From Octopus bimaculoides (taxonomy: Eukaryota), in contig NC_068995.1 of the NCBI RefSeq assembly GCF_001194135.2, positions 3,279,371 through 3,337,883 on the forward strand: a stretch of DNA of 58,513 nt. The letters run 5' to 3'. Shown one piece after another: positions 1 through 11,112 of the stretch. The notes under the pieces are model-generated. The model was given only the letters and a program-made list of their open reading frames with translations. It had not been told where the DNA came from and made no database searches. The translations under genes and the position numbers were made by a program. Numbering within the stretch: position 1 is the stretch's first letter; every line of letters starts with the position of its first letter.

Positions 1-47
<47 letters not shown>

Positions 48-344
48 AAGAGAGAGAGAGTGTATGAAAACGATGTTGAAGAAACCTCGGAAAACAGAAA
101 GATGAGTAGAAATAATTAAACTACGGCCGGATGTCACATTTTTGATATAAGGAGTCAAAGAAATTTCGATCAACTGAGATTATCTATGCAATTAGTGGGA
201 AAACACTCCCTCTGGAAATGCTTAACACCTAAAAGCAACAACCGAAAGATATAGACCTAAAATAAAATAAAATAAAATGATTGAACTGTTTAGAAAATAT
301 ACTATTGGACGTGTAGCGGGTGTTTAAACTGAACTTCGAAAGTG

Positions 345-383
345 GTCGACATGTTTTGGGCTTATCATACCTCTTCAGCAAAG
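345..383 (-). ncRNA. Degenerate minimal type-I hammerhead-like motif
   Basis: Minus strand reads TTTG-CTGAAGA-GGTATGATAAGCC-CAAAA-CATG-TC; the catalytic GAAA is altered. Confidence 0.35.
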
Positions 384-499
384 CATGTTCGATTCAGGTC
401 TTCTGTGACTGATAAAAGAAAGGGTAGTATTCGCCCTTAAATTGAAGACCTGGCTTGTATGCTTGCAACGGTGTGAACGCCACTTATGGTATGTAAGGC

Positions 500-800
500 T
501 TATGTAGTGGTTGAGAGGATAATTGTTAGATGGCCTGAAGAGAGTGAAGAGAGTTGAGGGAATTTTTTTGCCGAGTAGATATGGTACTCAGGTGTGTGGT
601 GCAGAAGGTGATACCTGGAGAAGAACTGTATGTGGCTGAGTGAGGTATATGCGTTCGTTTTAGAGTAATTTGTTCAGGATGTAAAGGTGGTTTAGTTGCG
701 ATAAAATAAGTTCACCTCTTATGTTACCTGCATTATTTGAACATCGGGATGTGATGAGTGTATTAAAGTCTCCTCAATAATGATGTCTGAGTGTTAAAAG
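500..800 (-). mobile_element. Decayed non-LTR (LINE) retrotransposon AP-endonuclease fragment
   Basis: Minus-strand frames give GDFNT (GDFN at 762-773), RTHIPHSATYSSSPGITFC and SSGHLTII (519-540), the order of the APE motifs GDFN...SPDIT...SDHLPI, with frameshifts and stops. Confidence 0.6.
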
Positions 801-1629
801 TGTTGTAGGGGTGAGTGAGTAATCTCATGGGGATACTTGATATATATATATAAACATAAACTTTAAAGTGCTGAGTGAATTGGTATTTTACAGAAAATAA
901 ACGAATTCTCGAACGCTTAGAAGACGGGAAACGAAAAGTGGCAGCCAGATGCTACAGAGAATCGAACACTGTACCTCTCCAATTCGTGACCCCTGACATC
1001 AGGTGTTATCTTTCATCAATCTGAATAATTATTTCTTTATTGCCCACAAGGAGTTAAACATAGAGGGGACAAACGAGAACAGACACAGGGATTAAGTCGA
1101 TTTCATCCTAATCGTGTTCAATTAATAAACTGTAATGTCTCGCATTGCATGTCAGTCATCTCAGGTCATTCCTCTAATTATCTATGTCATTAGACTAATT
1201 ACTAGGGTGTGCTCAGTGCTCTATTAACACCACCCTTCCCTTACAATAGAAGGACTGCCCCTCTTTCCTGGCAGCATTTAAATAGCTGTCGCCAGCATTT
1301 GTTGGGAGTTAATTTATTCAGACAATTTTCCTAAACAAACATCTGTAAGAGTAACCATTAGAAACTAGAAATTAATTAGCAATCATTAAGATAATTAATT
1401 GGAAATTTCTTCTGTATTTGATTAAATGTTCAAGGAAAATGCGATAGAATTGATGTTGTTCTTGAACGGATTTGATTGGTACATGCGGGGAGTCGATAAA
1501 GTCTGATTATACATACGATGAATGCGGGGGCTTTGGTTGCGGTTTCAAGTCCAGGGCTATTCTAAGGGCTTCAGAAAGAATTGTAATTATAAGAATTACA
1601 GATGTAATCCCTTTCAAGGAAATATACAG

Positions 1630-1749
1630 GCAGAATCGTTAACACGCCGGACAAAGTGCATAGTGGCATTTCGTCCGTCTTCACGTTCTGAGTTCAAATT
1701 CTGCCGATGTTGACTTTGGCTTTCATTCTTTCGGGGGTCGACATAATAA
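1630..1749 (+). mobile_element. SINE family A (tRNA-like head), truncated by a gap
   Basis: GGCAGAATCGTTAACACGCC...GTTCTGAGTTCAAATT with A- and B-box-like motifs; about 15 copies in the window. Confidence 0.75.
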
Positions 1750-2479
1750 NNNNNNNNNNNNNNNNNNNNNNNNNNNNNNNNNNNNNNNNNNNNNNNNNNN
1801 NNNNNNNNNNNNNNNNNNNNNNNNNNNNNNNNNNNNNNNNNNNNNNNNNNNNNNNNNNNNNNNNNNNNNNNNNNNNNNNNNNNNNNNNNNNNNNNNNNNN
1901 NNNNNNNNNNNNNNNNNNNNNNNNNNNNNNNNNNNNNNNNNNNNNNNNNNNNNNNNNNNNNNNNNNNNNNNNNNNNNNNNNNNNNNNNNNNNNNNNNNNN
2001 NNNNNNNNNNNNNNNNNNNNNNNNNNNNNNNNNNNNNNNNNNNNNNNNNNNNNNNNNNNNNNNNNNNNNNNNNNNNNNNNNNNNNNNNNNNNNNNNNNNN
2101 NNNNNNNNNNNNNNNNNNNNNNNNNNNNNNNNNNNNNNNNNNNNNNNNNNNNNNNNNNNNNNNNNNNNNNNNNNNNNNNNNNNNNNNNNNNNNNNNNNNN
2201 NNNNNNNNNNNNNNNNNNNNNNNNNNNNNNNNNNNNNNNNNNNNNNNNNNNNNNNNNNNNNNNNNNNNNNNNNNNNNNNNNNNNNNNNNNNNNNNNNNNN
2301 NNNNNNNNNNNNNNNNNNNNNNNNNNNNNNNNNNNNNNNNNNNNNNNNNNNAGAGAGAGGGGGAAAGAGTGGGAGAGGGGAAGAGAGGGGAGAGAGGGAG
2401 ACAGAGGGGGAGAGAAATGAAAGAGGGGGAGTTAAAGAAACTTAAAATATAGATAAAATAATTGTTTCTAATTTAAGCA

Positions 2480-2935
2480 TAAAGTTAATAATTTTGAGGG
2501 GAAGGGGATTCGTCGATATTATTGACTCCTGTACATGATTGGTGCTTTATTTTATCGACCCCAGTATTAATGGAAGGCGAAGGTGCCCTCGACGAGATTT
2601 AATCTCAAAACGCAAAATGACGGACGAAATACTGTAACGCTTCTTCGCCCAATGCTCTACCGACTCTGCCAGCTTACCTCCGTATAAAAATATATATATA
2701 TATTAATTATTGTTTTATTGTTTCAGATGTTTGGCACAAAGCCAGCAATTTTGAAGGGAGGAAGAGGTTTAGTCGATTTCATCAACCCCAGTATACGACT
2801 GGTACTTTATTTTAATCGAGTCCGAAAGGATGAAAGGTAGAGTTGTCTTTGGCGGGAATTGAACTCTAGACGTCAGTAACCGGAAGACGTAAAATGCTAC
2901 TTCGCATTTTGTTTGACGCACTAACGATTGTGTCA
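2480..2935 (-). mobile_element. Two tandem SINE A copies
   Basis: Reverse complements of the family A body at ~2480-2680 and ~2740-2935. Confidence 0.7.
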
Positions 2936-3044
2936 GGAATATAATAACAGGAAGTGAATCGGTTGGATCACATTTGAAGAGAAAAAAGATAAAGAAATAA
3001 ACAAAACAATAACCCCCCTCTCTCTCTCTCTCTCATTCTCTCCT

Positions 3045-3385
3045 TCTGTACACATATACACACAAACATACATACATAAATACATACATACATACACACA
3101 AGCATACATACATACATAAATACATATACACAAACATACATACATACATACATAAATACAAACACACAAACATACATACATACACATACATACACACAAA
3201 CGTACATGCGTACATAAATACATACACACAAACATATATACACACACACATACATGCACACAAACATACATACACACAAACATACACACATGCATACATA
3301 CAAACATACATACACACAAACACATACATACAGCCATCCATCCATCCATCCATCCATCCATACATACATACATACATACATATGT
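3045..3385. repeat. (TACA)n/(CA)n compound microsatellite
   Basis: Visible tandem; the source of the spurious MYVC/THT ORFs. Confidence 0.95.
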
Positions 3386-4123
3386 ATTTGTGTGCCAACA
3401 ATAAATTTAATTCGATTCTCAGCACCGAGTCACCTTATCAGTAAATGAGCCATTATTATTCTTAAACTAGCTTTAAAATCTATACCACAGAAGAAAAGCG
3501 GTTTATTGATTAGTTAAGAGTGTGGAACTTGTACAAAAATAGTCTACTGTTAAAGTCTACACTCTCTAGAAAATTCATTAAAATTCTAATTGCATGAAGC
3601 TAAGTCTTTTCCAAAATCTCGATCCTTGGAGCTTATATATATATGTCGATATTTTCACACCTTACGCGAATCACAATGACACAAGTAACCCTTTACCAAT
3701 ATTCAAATGTCTTCCAGTCCTCCATGCCAACATTTTCGCAACTATAACTTGAACCTTTATGCTCTCCAACGCCGTTGGCTGTTCACCAAAACATCAAACT
3801 GCCCCTGAAAACAGGAAACACAAACAAATCGCCAAATTCAGTCCGAACATTCTGTTGTACCTACGTGCTCTCTGCTATTTCTAGCATATTGAATGACTAC
3901 ATAGCGGGTGGAGTAATTCTTTGTTTGCTTAAGAGCGAAAAGCGATTAAGATTATTAAAAATAAATAATGAAAGAAAAACTTACTGAACGAGTTGTTACT
4001 ATTAGACGAATGAAGAATACAAAAGAAAATTAGAAGTTACATATCAGAAAAATTAGACAAATTACGAATTAAATATTATTTAGCGACTAGCAGAAAAACC
4101 ACCCGGAGGGCCGTCTCTTCGGC

Positions 4124-4154
<31 letters not shown>

Positions 4155-4202
4155 TTGATGATGATGATGATGATGATGATGATAATGTATGTTGTATGTA
4201 TA

Positions 4203-4249
<47 letters not shown>

Positions 4250-5570
4250 ATGTATGTATGTGCAGAACCACAAACAGCGTTTACAACATCATTAACAACA
4301 AACACAACAACAACAGCAACTATAATAGTTATGAAGTATTTCACATTCCAGTTCATAAAACGTAATTAAGGGACCTTGGAATTTCTATTTAATAATAATC
4401 TGGTTAACTTTTCTCCAATAAACAGATTTACGATATTAATTAATTCTTGTAGTTATGTGGTGGCTGAGGATGAAGAGGTGGTGGTGGTGGTGGCTGAGGA
4501 TGAAGAGGTGGCCGTGGTGGTGGTGGCGGTGGAATTACCATTCCCAAATTTCTATCATTTCTAAGAAGCACGAAAGCTGCACTCAGCTATGTTAATGAAA
4601 TCTGCATCATCGCCGCCGCCGTCGTCGTCGTCGTTATCCTCATCATCGTTCTCTTCCTATCGTGGTTGTCATCATCGTCGTCATCGTCATCATCTTTGCT
4701 ATTGTCATCGTTATCTTATTATCATTGTCGTCGTCGTCGTCGTCATCATCATCATCATCACCACCGTCCTTCTCCTCCTCATCATCATCTTCAACATTAC
4801 CACAATGTCCGCCGCAACCATCCCGCCATTCTGATTGGACTGCCCAACAATGTGGCTGACCACACGAGTCAAAGTGGAGAATTTCTTCAAGGACTATGTC
4901 CGCAGCGGAAGCTCTTCCCACGTCCAAATACACTCGGACGTGTTGACAACAATTTACACAAATATATGAGTGTGTGCATATATGTGTGTATGCAGCGAGT
5001 GTGTGTATAAACAGATACGTCGATCGATAGATAGATCGATAGATAGATCGATAGATAGATAGATAGACAGATCGATAGATAAATAGAGAGATAGAGAGAG
5101 AGAGACAGACAGACAGACAGGCAGACAGACAGATGAGATGAGATGAGATGATATTGATGTTGTTCCCTCGCAGCGCACCGTTCGATTTATTTTTCTGATA
5201 ATTTATAGCTAAAACTTACATTATCAGACGCCAGTGGAAAATTTCCCTAGGTCGCCTTCTGCATGAAGACACTATAGTTAACTACAGGTTACCAAACTTA
5301 ATGTGGTGAATCTGGAATAATTATAAATCAATTGCGAAGGAAAGTCAATAATGTTAATGATAATTAATATCAAAGAAAACAAACGGGGAAAGTAATGAAA
5401 TTTCAATTAACGAAAATTAAATGGAATTATGCGGGGTGGGGAGAGGTGTGGAAGTCTTGGGGAAATGGCCAATGTAATTCTTTTAATTTGCCTTAATTAA
5501 GGAATTATTTTTACAGAAAATGCTATTATCAATTAGTCGTTCTGATAGCTGTATAAAAGAACTGTGTTTG

Positions 5571-5608
5571 TTTTGCTGAGGAGGCTAATAGAGCTGAAAC
5601 ATGTCCAC
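5571..5608 (+). ncRNA. Minimal type-I hammerhead-like motif
   Basis: TTTTG-CTGAGGA-GGCT(AATAG)AGCT-GAAA-CATG-TC-CA: CUGANGA core, 4-bp stem II, GAAA, palindromic stem III (ACAUGU), GUC triplet, short stem I. Confidence 0.55.
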
Positions 5609-6231
5609 TGCTGTTACCATAACAACCAAGGCTTATAATCTGTCATTTCCTCTCTCCCCATCGATATATATATATCTACGTATAATTTCTAATCGATAAG
5701 TTTCACATGAATGCTCTCCCTTGCTTCTTTCGAGGATTATTATTATTAGTAGTATAAACAATGTTTATACTTAAAAAAAGAACAAAAGAACATGCAAATT
5801 TCTTTGCGTTCGTCTTCATAACTTCCGGCCTCGCAAACAAGGTAGATAACTCTGACAAGAAAAAGGACTCCAGACCTTCCCCAAACCACACACACAGTGG
5901 AACAAAAGAGATTCCAAGAACATCGAATAGTTAGTGTAGGCAGCTAATATAAAATTTTAAAATTTTAAAATACATATTTCGATCGAGAGATTCATCGCAG
6001 AAGGTCTCTACAAGGTCGCTGGTCCTTTTAGAAATAACAGCTAAATCTCGCGCAAATCATACTTTAATTTTCTTCAAAAAGAATGATAAGTCAGAGAGTG
6101 TAGTTCAAGCTACACTGTGTTGGAACAAAAGACAGGATAGTCATGGTTGGCATAGCTTGTGGTAAATAGATAGGATTTCTAAGGCGGCGAGCTGGCAGAA
6201 TCGTTAGCACGCCGGGCAAAATGCTTAACAG

Positions 6232-6592
6232 GAGCACCACCTTTAGTCGAGCAGATCGACCCCAGGACTTATTCTTTGTAAGCTTAGTACTTATTCTATT
6301 GGACTTTTTTGCCGAACCGCTAAGTTACGGGGACATAAACACACCAGCATCGGTTGTCAAGCGATGTTGGGGGTGAGGGTGGACAAATGCGCGCGCACAC
6401 ACATACACACGTATATACGACGGGCTTCTTTCAGTTTCCGTCTACCAAATCCACTCACAAGGCTTTGGTCTCGGCCCGAGGCTATAGTAGAAGACACTTG
6501 CCCAAAGTGCCACGCTGTGAAACTGAACCTGGAAACATGTGGTTGGGAAGCAACTTACTTACCACACAGCCACTCCTGCGCCTATACATACA
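6232..6592 (-). mobile_element. SINE family B (CORE-like CCTTGGGCAAG domain, internal microsatellite), near full length
   Basis: Head GGAGTGGCTGTGTGGTAAG; about 14 copies or fragments in the window. Confidence 0.8.
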
Positions 6593-6682
6593 GACATACA
6601 TACATATAAATATATACCGGAGTAAGAACATAAATGTGAAACAAGGTGGAAAAAAGAGTATTCAAATACTAGAGGTAGAGTA

Positions 6683-6838
6683 ATATGATTTATTTAAAAG
6701 CAGCAGAAATATAACAAAAAACTGTTACTCAGAGTTTCACATTCCCATTCGTCGGGACAAATGTGTCCGACGAACGGAAACATGAAACTCTGAGTAACAG
6801 CTTTTGTTATATTTCTGCTGCTTTTAAATAAAGTATAT
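6683..6838. repeat. Near-perfect inverted repeat (~75 bp arms), each arm carrying a hammerhead-like core
   Basis: TTTATTTAAAAGCAGCAGAAATATAACAAAAA..CTGTTACTCAGAGTTTCA mirrors TGAAACTCTGAGTAACAG..TTTTGTTATATTTCTGCTGCTTTTAAATAAA around a ~6 nt centre at 6759-6764. Confidence 0.9.
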
Positions 6839-8009
6839 ATATACACATATATATATATGTGAATTTTTTAGCCATAAGCTAGTAAAGTTTTTCTCTATCT
6901 TTACGAAAAGGTACTTCGGGTGGATCACATAAAACAAGGAATCCACTTTTTATTTCGCATTCATTTTTATGAAATAAAGACAATTTTTAAGTGAAAGCTT
7001 TAATTTTTAAGGGAGATAATTATTGATGTGTTTCCAAGGGAGGCAATCTAGTTTAAAACTACAAATCTTCAACTGTTTTCACTATTTAAAGGTCAAAGCG
7101 CGGTGGATAGGCAAAATCTTTGGAACATCGGATAACGTACTTTGCAGCATTCAGTTACAACCATTTAAGACCTGGGTTTAGTGACTATCATTTGAGACCT
7201 GGGGTTCTATAGAAGAGAGTACAAATCTTATGCCGTGTGTCGATGTAACATCCCTCCAGAAAATTTGCTGGCCTTGTATCATATTTGAAACGACAATGTG
7301 GTCAGTCGACAGAATTGTTATTTCATCGGACAAAATGCTTAGCGGTATTTCTTCTGCTTCATTACATTTTGAGTCCAAATGCCGCCCAAATTGACGTTTC
7401 TTTCCATCTTTTCAGGAATGATAAAATAAGTGCCAGTCAAACAGTAGAGTCGCTGTAACCGCCAGGCCTTGTGTCTGTCGTGGAAAGGACTAATCTAGTG
7501 GCAGGTCAGAGCGATGATATTGTCGGGAAAACTCTAAGCGACGACGACGATGAAGTAGTTGGTCTGTTTTGGAGGATATCTAGACTGGGTACTACTATGG
7601 ATAACATTCACAATCCCTAGCCTGGCAAGTTTTATTGGTGGGCACAACAGGTTCTTGATAAACTACATGGGCACGGAAATGCCGCCAGTTGCGGACTGCT
7701 TGAGATGCGTACATCGTTGGTGTGAGCAGAAGAAGCTCGCATACATGGTTAATTGCCATTCTTCATACAATCAATCTTGCTCAGAACTGAACTTACATGC
7801 AGATGGTCAAAACCAGCCGATAGAGACTTTACCTTTCGTTATGTCAAAAAAAAAACAAAAAAAAACCCGTGAGTTGAGATTTGATAGAGATTTGGCTGTT
7901 GTTTCTAGCAGTTTCTGCCACTGCAGTTACCGGCCAACTGAATTCAGCGAAATTTTTTGAGTGACACTCCAAACGAAAAATTTCCTTGAATTTTTTTTTT
8001 TTTTTTAGT

Positions 8010-8077
8010 AGTGCGGCCCACCTGATGATAAGCCATGTCTCATGCGGCCCGCTTCTCGATAAAGGTTGCCCATGCAT
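8010..8077 (-). mobile_element. hAT (Charlie-like) transposon end remnant
   Basis: Minus strand CATGCATGGGCAACCTTT...GCGGGCCGCATG resembles hAT MITE termini, with repeated GCGGCCC subterminal motifs. Confidence 0.4.
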
Positions 8078-9320
8078 GTACTAGAGTCAAACTGAAGACT
8101 GTTCCTTGTGATATTGTCAATATAACGAGAATTTACTACAGTATTTTGAAAAAAGATATATTCGCAAATCTGTGACTGAATTTCAGCAATTGATAGATTA
8201 ACCAACAAATGGGATTATCTCAAAACTCACCAATCTCTGAATTATAGGAAAAAAAAATAGATTTTAGACAAAAATACACAACGAAGGAAAATGTCAGCTG
8301 AACGATAGTAATAACGGAGTAAGCTCCCCTTAGTTAACTGGAATGGGATTGACAACATCAGTTCTTTTCTACTTGAGGCACAAGGCCCGCAATTTTGGGG
8401 AAGGGGGCTAGTCGATTAGATCGACCCCAGGGCGCAACTGGTACTTAATTTATTGACCCCGAAAAGATGAAAGACAAAGTCAACCTCGGCGGAATAACAT
8501 TAGTGTGTGTGTGCCTGTGTGTACACATTTCTTCTATGCCATATTGAAAAAGAAATGTAAAATTTAATTTCAAATAGCTTAGAGACTTAGGAGCAGAGGT
8601 CATGACCATTAAGCCTTTTTTGGGGTCACTGAAATTAGTGAGTTATACAAGAGTAGACCTTGCTAAAAGTACCCGAGGACCAAACTTGGTGACGGATTAG
8701 GTCTACCTTGACAGTACCCAGTGACCAGGTGGTGTTGTTGAATCAGGTCACAAACAAAGTGTCCCACCCTGAAAGAAGAAGAGAAACCTATCCATTTAAT
8801 CGTGTCTTGATTCCTAAAATAGAAAAGAACAATAAACTGAGTGTGTGTGTGTGTGTTGTTATGAATGAGAGAAAGCCATGAGAAATGAAACGTAAGCACA
8901 ATATTAACAAAACTGGTTTTATTCAGGAAAAAAAAAAAAAACATGCTTTAAGTTGAGGGTGTAGAAAAAATCCGTTTACAATTAAATTTAGAATAATTAA
9001 AACTAAAATTCAATATAACGAGTCGAAAAGATAAGATTCTGGTTCAAGGGAGTAGAAAAAATATTCTTAGAAATGGTATGAGAAAATTTTGAATAACCTT
9101 GAAGAATATATTTAAATGAAAAATATTCTGTGAGTCTTTGGGTGGTTTTAGTGAGAGAAGAAGAAGGAACCCTGAGGAAAGAGAGGAACGAGTGAGGATT
9201 ATAAAGAAGGAAAAAAATATTTCACTTGAGTAAAAGTGAATTTTTAGATAAGGACCCCAAAAAGAAAATAAAACTCGTTGAAAAAGATCCTTAAATATTT
9301 TAAAGATGTTGAACTTATGT

Positions 9321-9718
9321 TTAACCCCTTACCATTTAAATCGGCCAAACCAGGACCAAATATTCTGTTTTATGTTTGAAATGGCCTGATCTGGCCTTTC
9401 TCACCTACTCTACACTGTCATTTTTAAAATAACCAATTACATCATCAAAATCTTGACGCTATGAGATAATCCATGATTAATTGAAAAAAAGGTGAATGAA
9501 TAAGAATTACATTCGACAGAATAATCCGAATGCGAAAGGGTTAATATTCTGTCGTGTCCGGCCCAGATATTCCAACTGCTTTATGCTCAAGCAGGCCAGA
9601 TGTGGCCTCTCACACTTACCCTGCAATGTCATTCTAAGAATAATGCAGGATTAATTCAAAACAATGTGAATAAATAAGCATTACAATTGACAGAGTAATC
9701 TGAATACTAAATGGTTAA
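9321..9718. mobile_element. Two tandem diverged TTAA-bounded (piggyBac-like) MITE copies
   Basis: TTAA-CCCCTTACCATT...AATGCGAAAGGG-TTAA (9321-9544), then a second homologous copy ending AATACTAAATGG-TTAA (9718). Confidence 0.6.
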
Positions 9719-10102
9719 TTTAAATTTGTGTTTTAATTAATTTACTAAATATATTTTCAAATTTCTCCTAACTTCAGAAAAAGAAGAGGAATAAAAGTTT
9801 CTTTTTTGTTTTTATTTGAATTGATTGTAATATTTGTAAAGGAATATCTTAAAATATCTTCTTGGAGAAGAAAAGAAGAAAAGTTCCAGCTCTGAAGGAA
9901 TTGGTAAAACTGGCAGAGAAAAAAAGAAATTGAAGAAGAAGAATAAATAAAAGTTTGTTAATTCTGTTGGGTCATCTTAATTAATTAGATCAGCAGTTAC
10001 CAAGTGACCAGCAGCTTGTCTGCAAGATTAATTCCAATGGACAATTTTAGAGTTTTTATGTTATTATTCCATTTGATAGTCTGATCTGGAGTAATAAATG
10101 AT

Positions 10103-10345
10103 TGGTCAGTCACATGACTGGGCAGTCAAGTCAGAAATAATGAGAGAATGGTCAGTCATACTGTTGGACAGTCCAGTCGGAAATAAAGAAGGAATGGTCA
10201 GTTACATTACTGGACAATCCAGTTGGAAGTAAAGGAGGAATGGTCAGTTACATTATTGGACAGTCTAGTCAGAAGTTTCACACAATGGTCAGATACACAT
10301 CATTGGACAGTCTGGTCAGAAAGAACAAAGGAATGGTCAGTCTAG
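10103..10345. repeat. ~46 bp minisatellite, five units plus a partial sixth
   Basis: TGGTCAG recurs at 10103, 10149, 10195, 10241, 10286 and 10334; unit approx. AATGGTCAGTTACATTATTGGACAGTCCAGTCAGAA. Confidence 0.9.
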
Positions 10346-10492
10346 TCCAGGGTTCTTAACCTGGAGGAGAATTTCTAATTGGTGAGGGATGGGGTAGAGT
10401 AGGATGGGTGAAACTTCAAGATACATTTGAGGGAAAAATTGAATTTTTAAGTTCAAAATTCCTTTATCATTATTGACACTATTTTAATTAGA

Positions 10493-10498
10493 TTTATT
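10493..10498 (-). terminator. Candidate AATAAA polyadenylation signal for STARD10-like gene
   Basis: Plus-strand TTTATT about 615 nt past the stop codon. Other AATAAA hexamers exist (e.g. 9811-9816), so the true site is uncertain. Confidence 0.25.
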
Positions 10499-10529
10499 TT
10501 CCTAAATGTTGATCTAAGATGTTAATTGA

Positions 10530-10915
10530 TACTAGATTAATATAAAATTGTTAATGTTATATAAAAGTGTTATATAGAAAACTACTTTAATATAAAGCTG
10601 TAATAGTGTTGTACATCAGGCTAATATAAGGCTGTTAATGTTATGTAACTGTATGTGTACAAGGCTACTTTAATATAAGGCTTTTAACATTACAAATAAA
10701 TTGTGTTGTTTACAATACTTTAAAATAACTCTGTTAATTTTATCTAATTGTGTTATATACAAGACTACTTTAATACAAAGCTGTTAATGTTAGGTAATAG
10801 TGCTGTGTATAAAAGTATTTTAATATAAGTCTCTTAATGTTATGTAATAGTGTTGATTAATTTTAATATAAGGCTGTTAACATTAAAAATATACGGTGTT
10901 GCATATAAAACTACT
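10530..10915. repeat. Degenerate AT-rich ~50 bp tandem repeat
   Basis: Recurrent CTACTTTAATATAAGGCTGTTAATGTTATGTAA-like unit, about eight copies. Confidence 0.75.
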
Positions 10916-11112
10916 TCTTTTTTGTGGTGAGAGAATTCAAAATGGTGAAATGTTAAGGAAGAGAAATACAGAATAAAGGTCAAGAAAGACTGAGCTAGCC
11001 AAAGATATGAGGGAGTTTTGAGTGATATCATTGGAGCAGGTGAAACAGAAGTCAAAGGGACTGACCAGTCATACTCTTTAAGACTTAATGGAACTTAAAA
11101 AACGGAAATCTT

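Noticed and set aside
1140-1405. TAATTA homeodomain-site cluster (similar at 22050-22330)
   Set aside because: Expected by chance in AT-rich DNA; cannot be supported without alignment.
7559-7960. 133-aa ORF as a gene or transposase
   Set aside because: Non-ATG start, no recognisable motif and no convincing splice structure.
8021-8045. CTGATGA as another hammerhead
   Set aside because: No GAAA or stem II follows; it sits inside a hAT-like end.
10103-10345. CRISPR-like array (also considered for 44461-45425 and 15145-15335)
   Set aside because: Units are degenerate tandem copies without unique spacers, the context is eukaryotic, and no cas genes are present.
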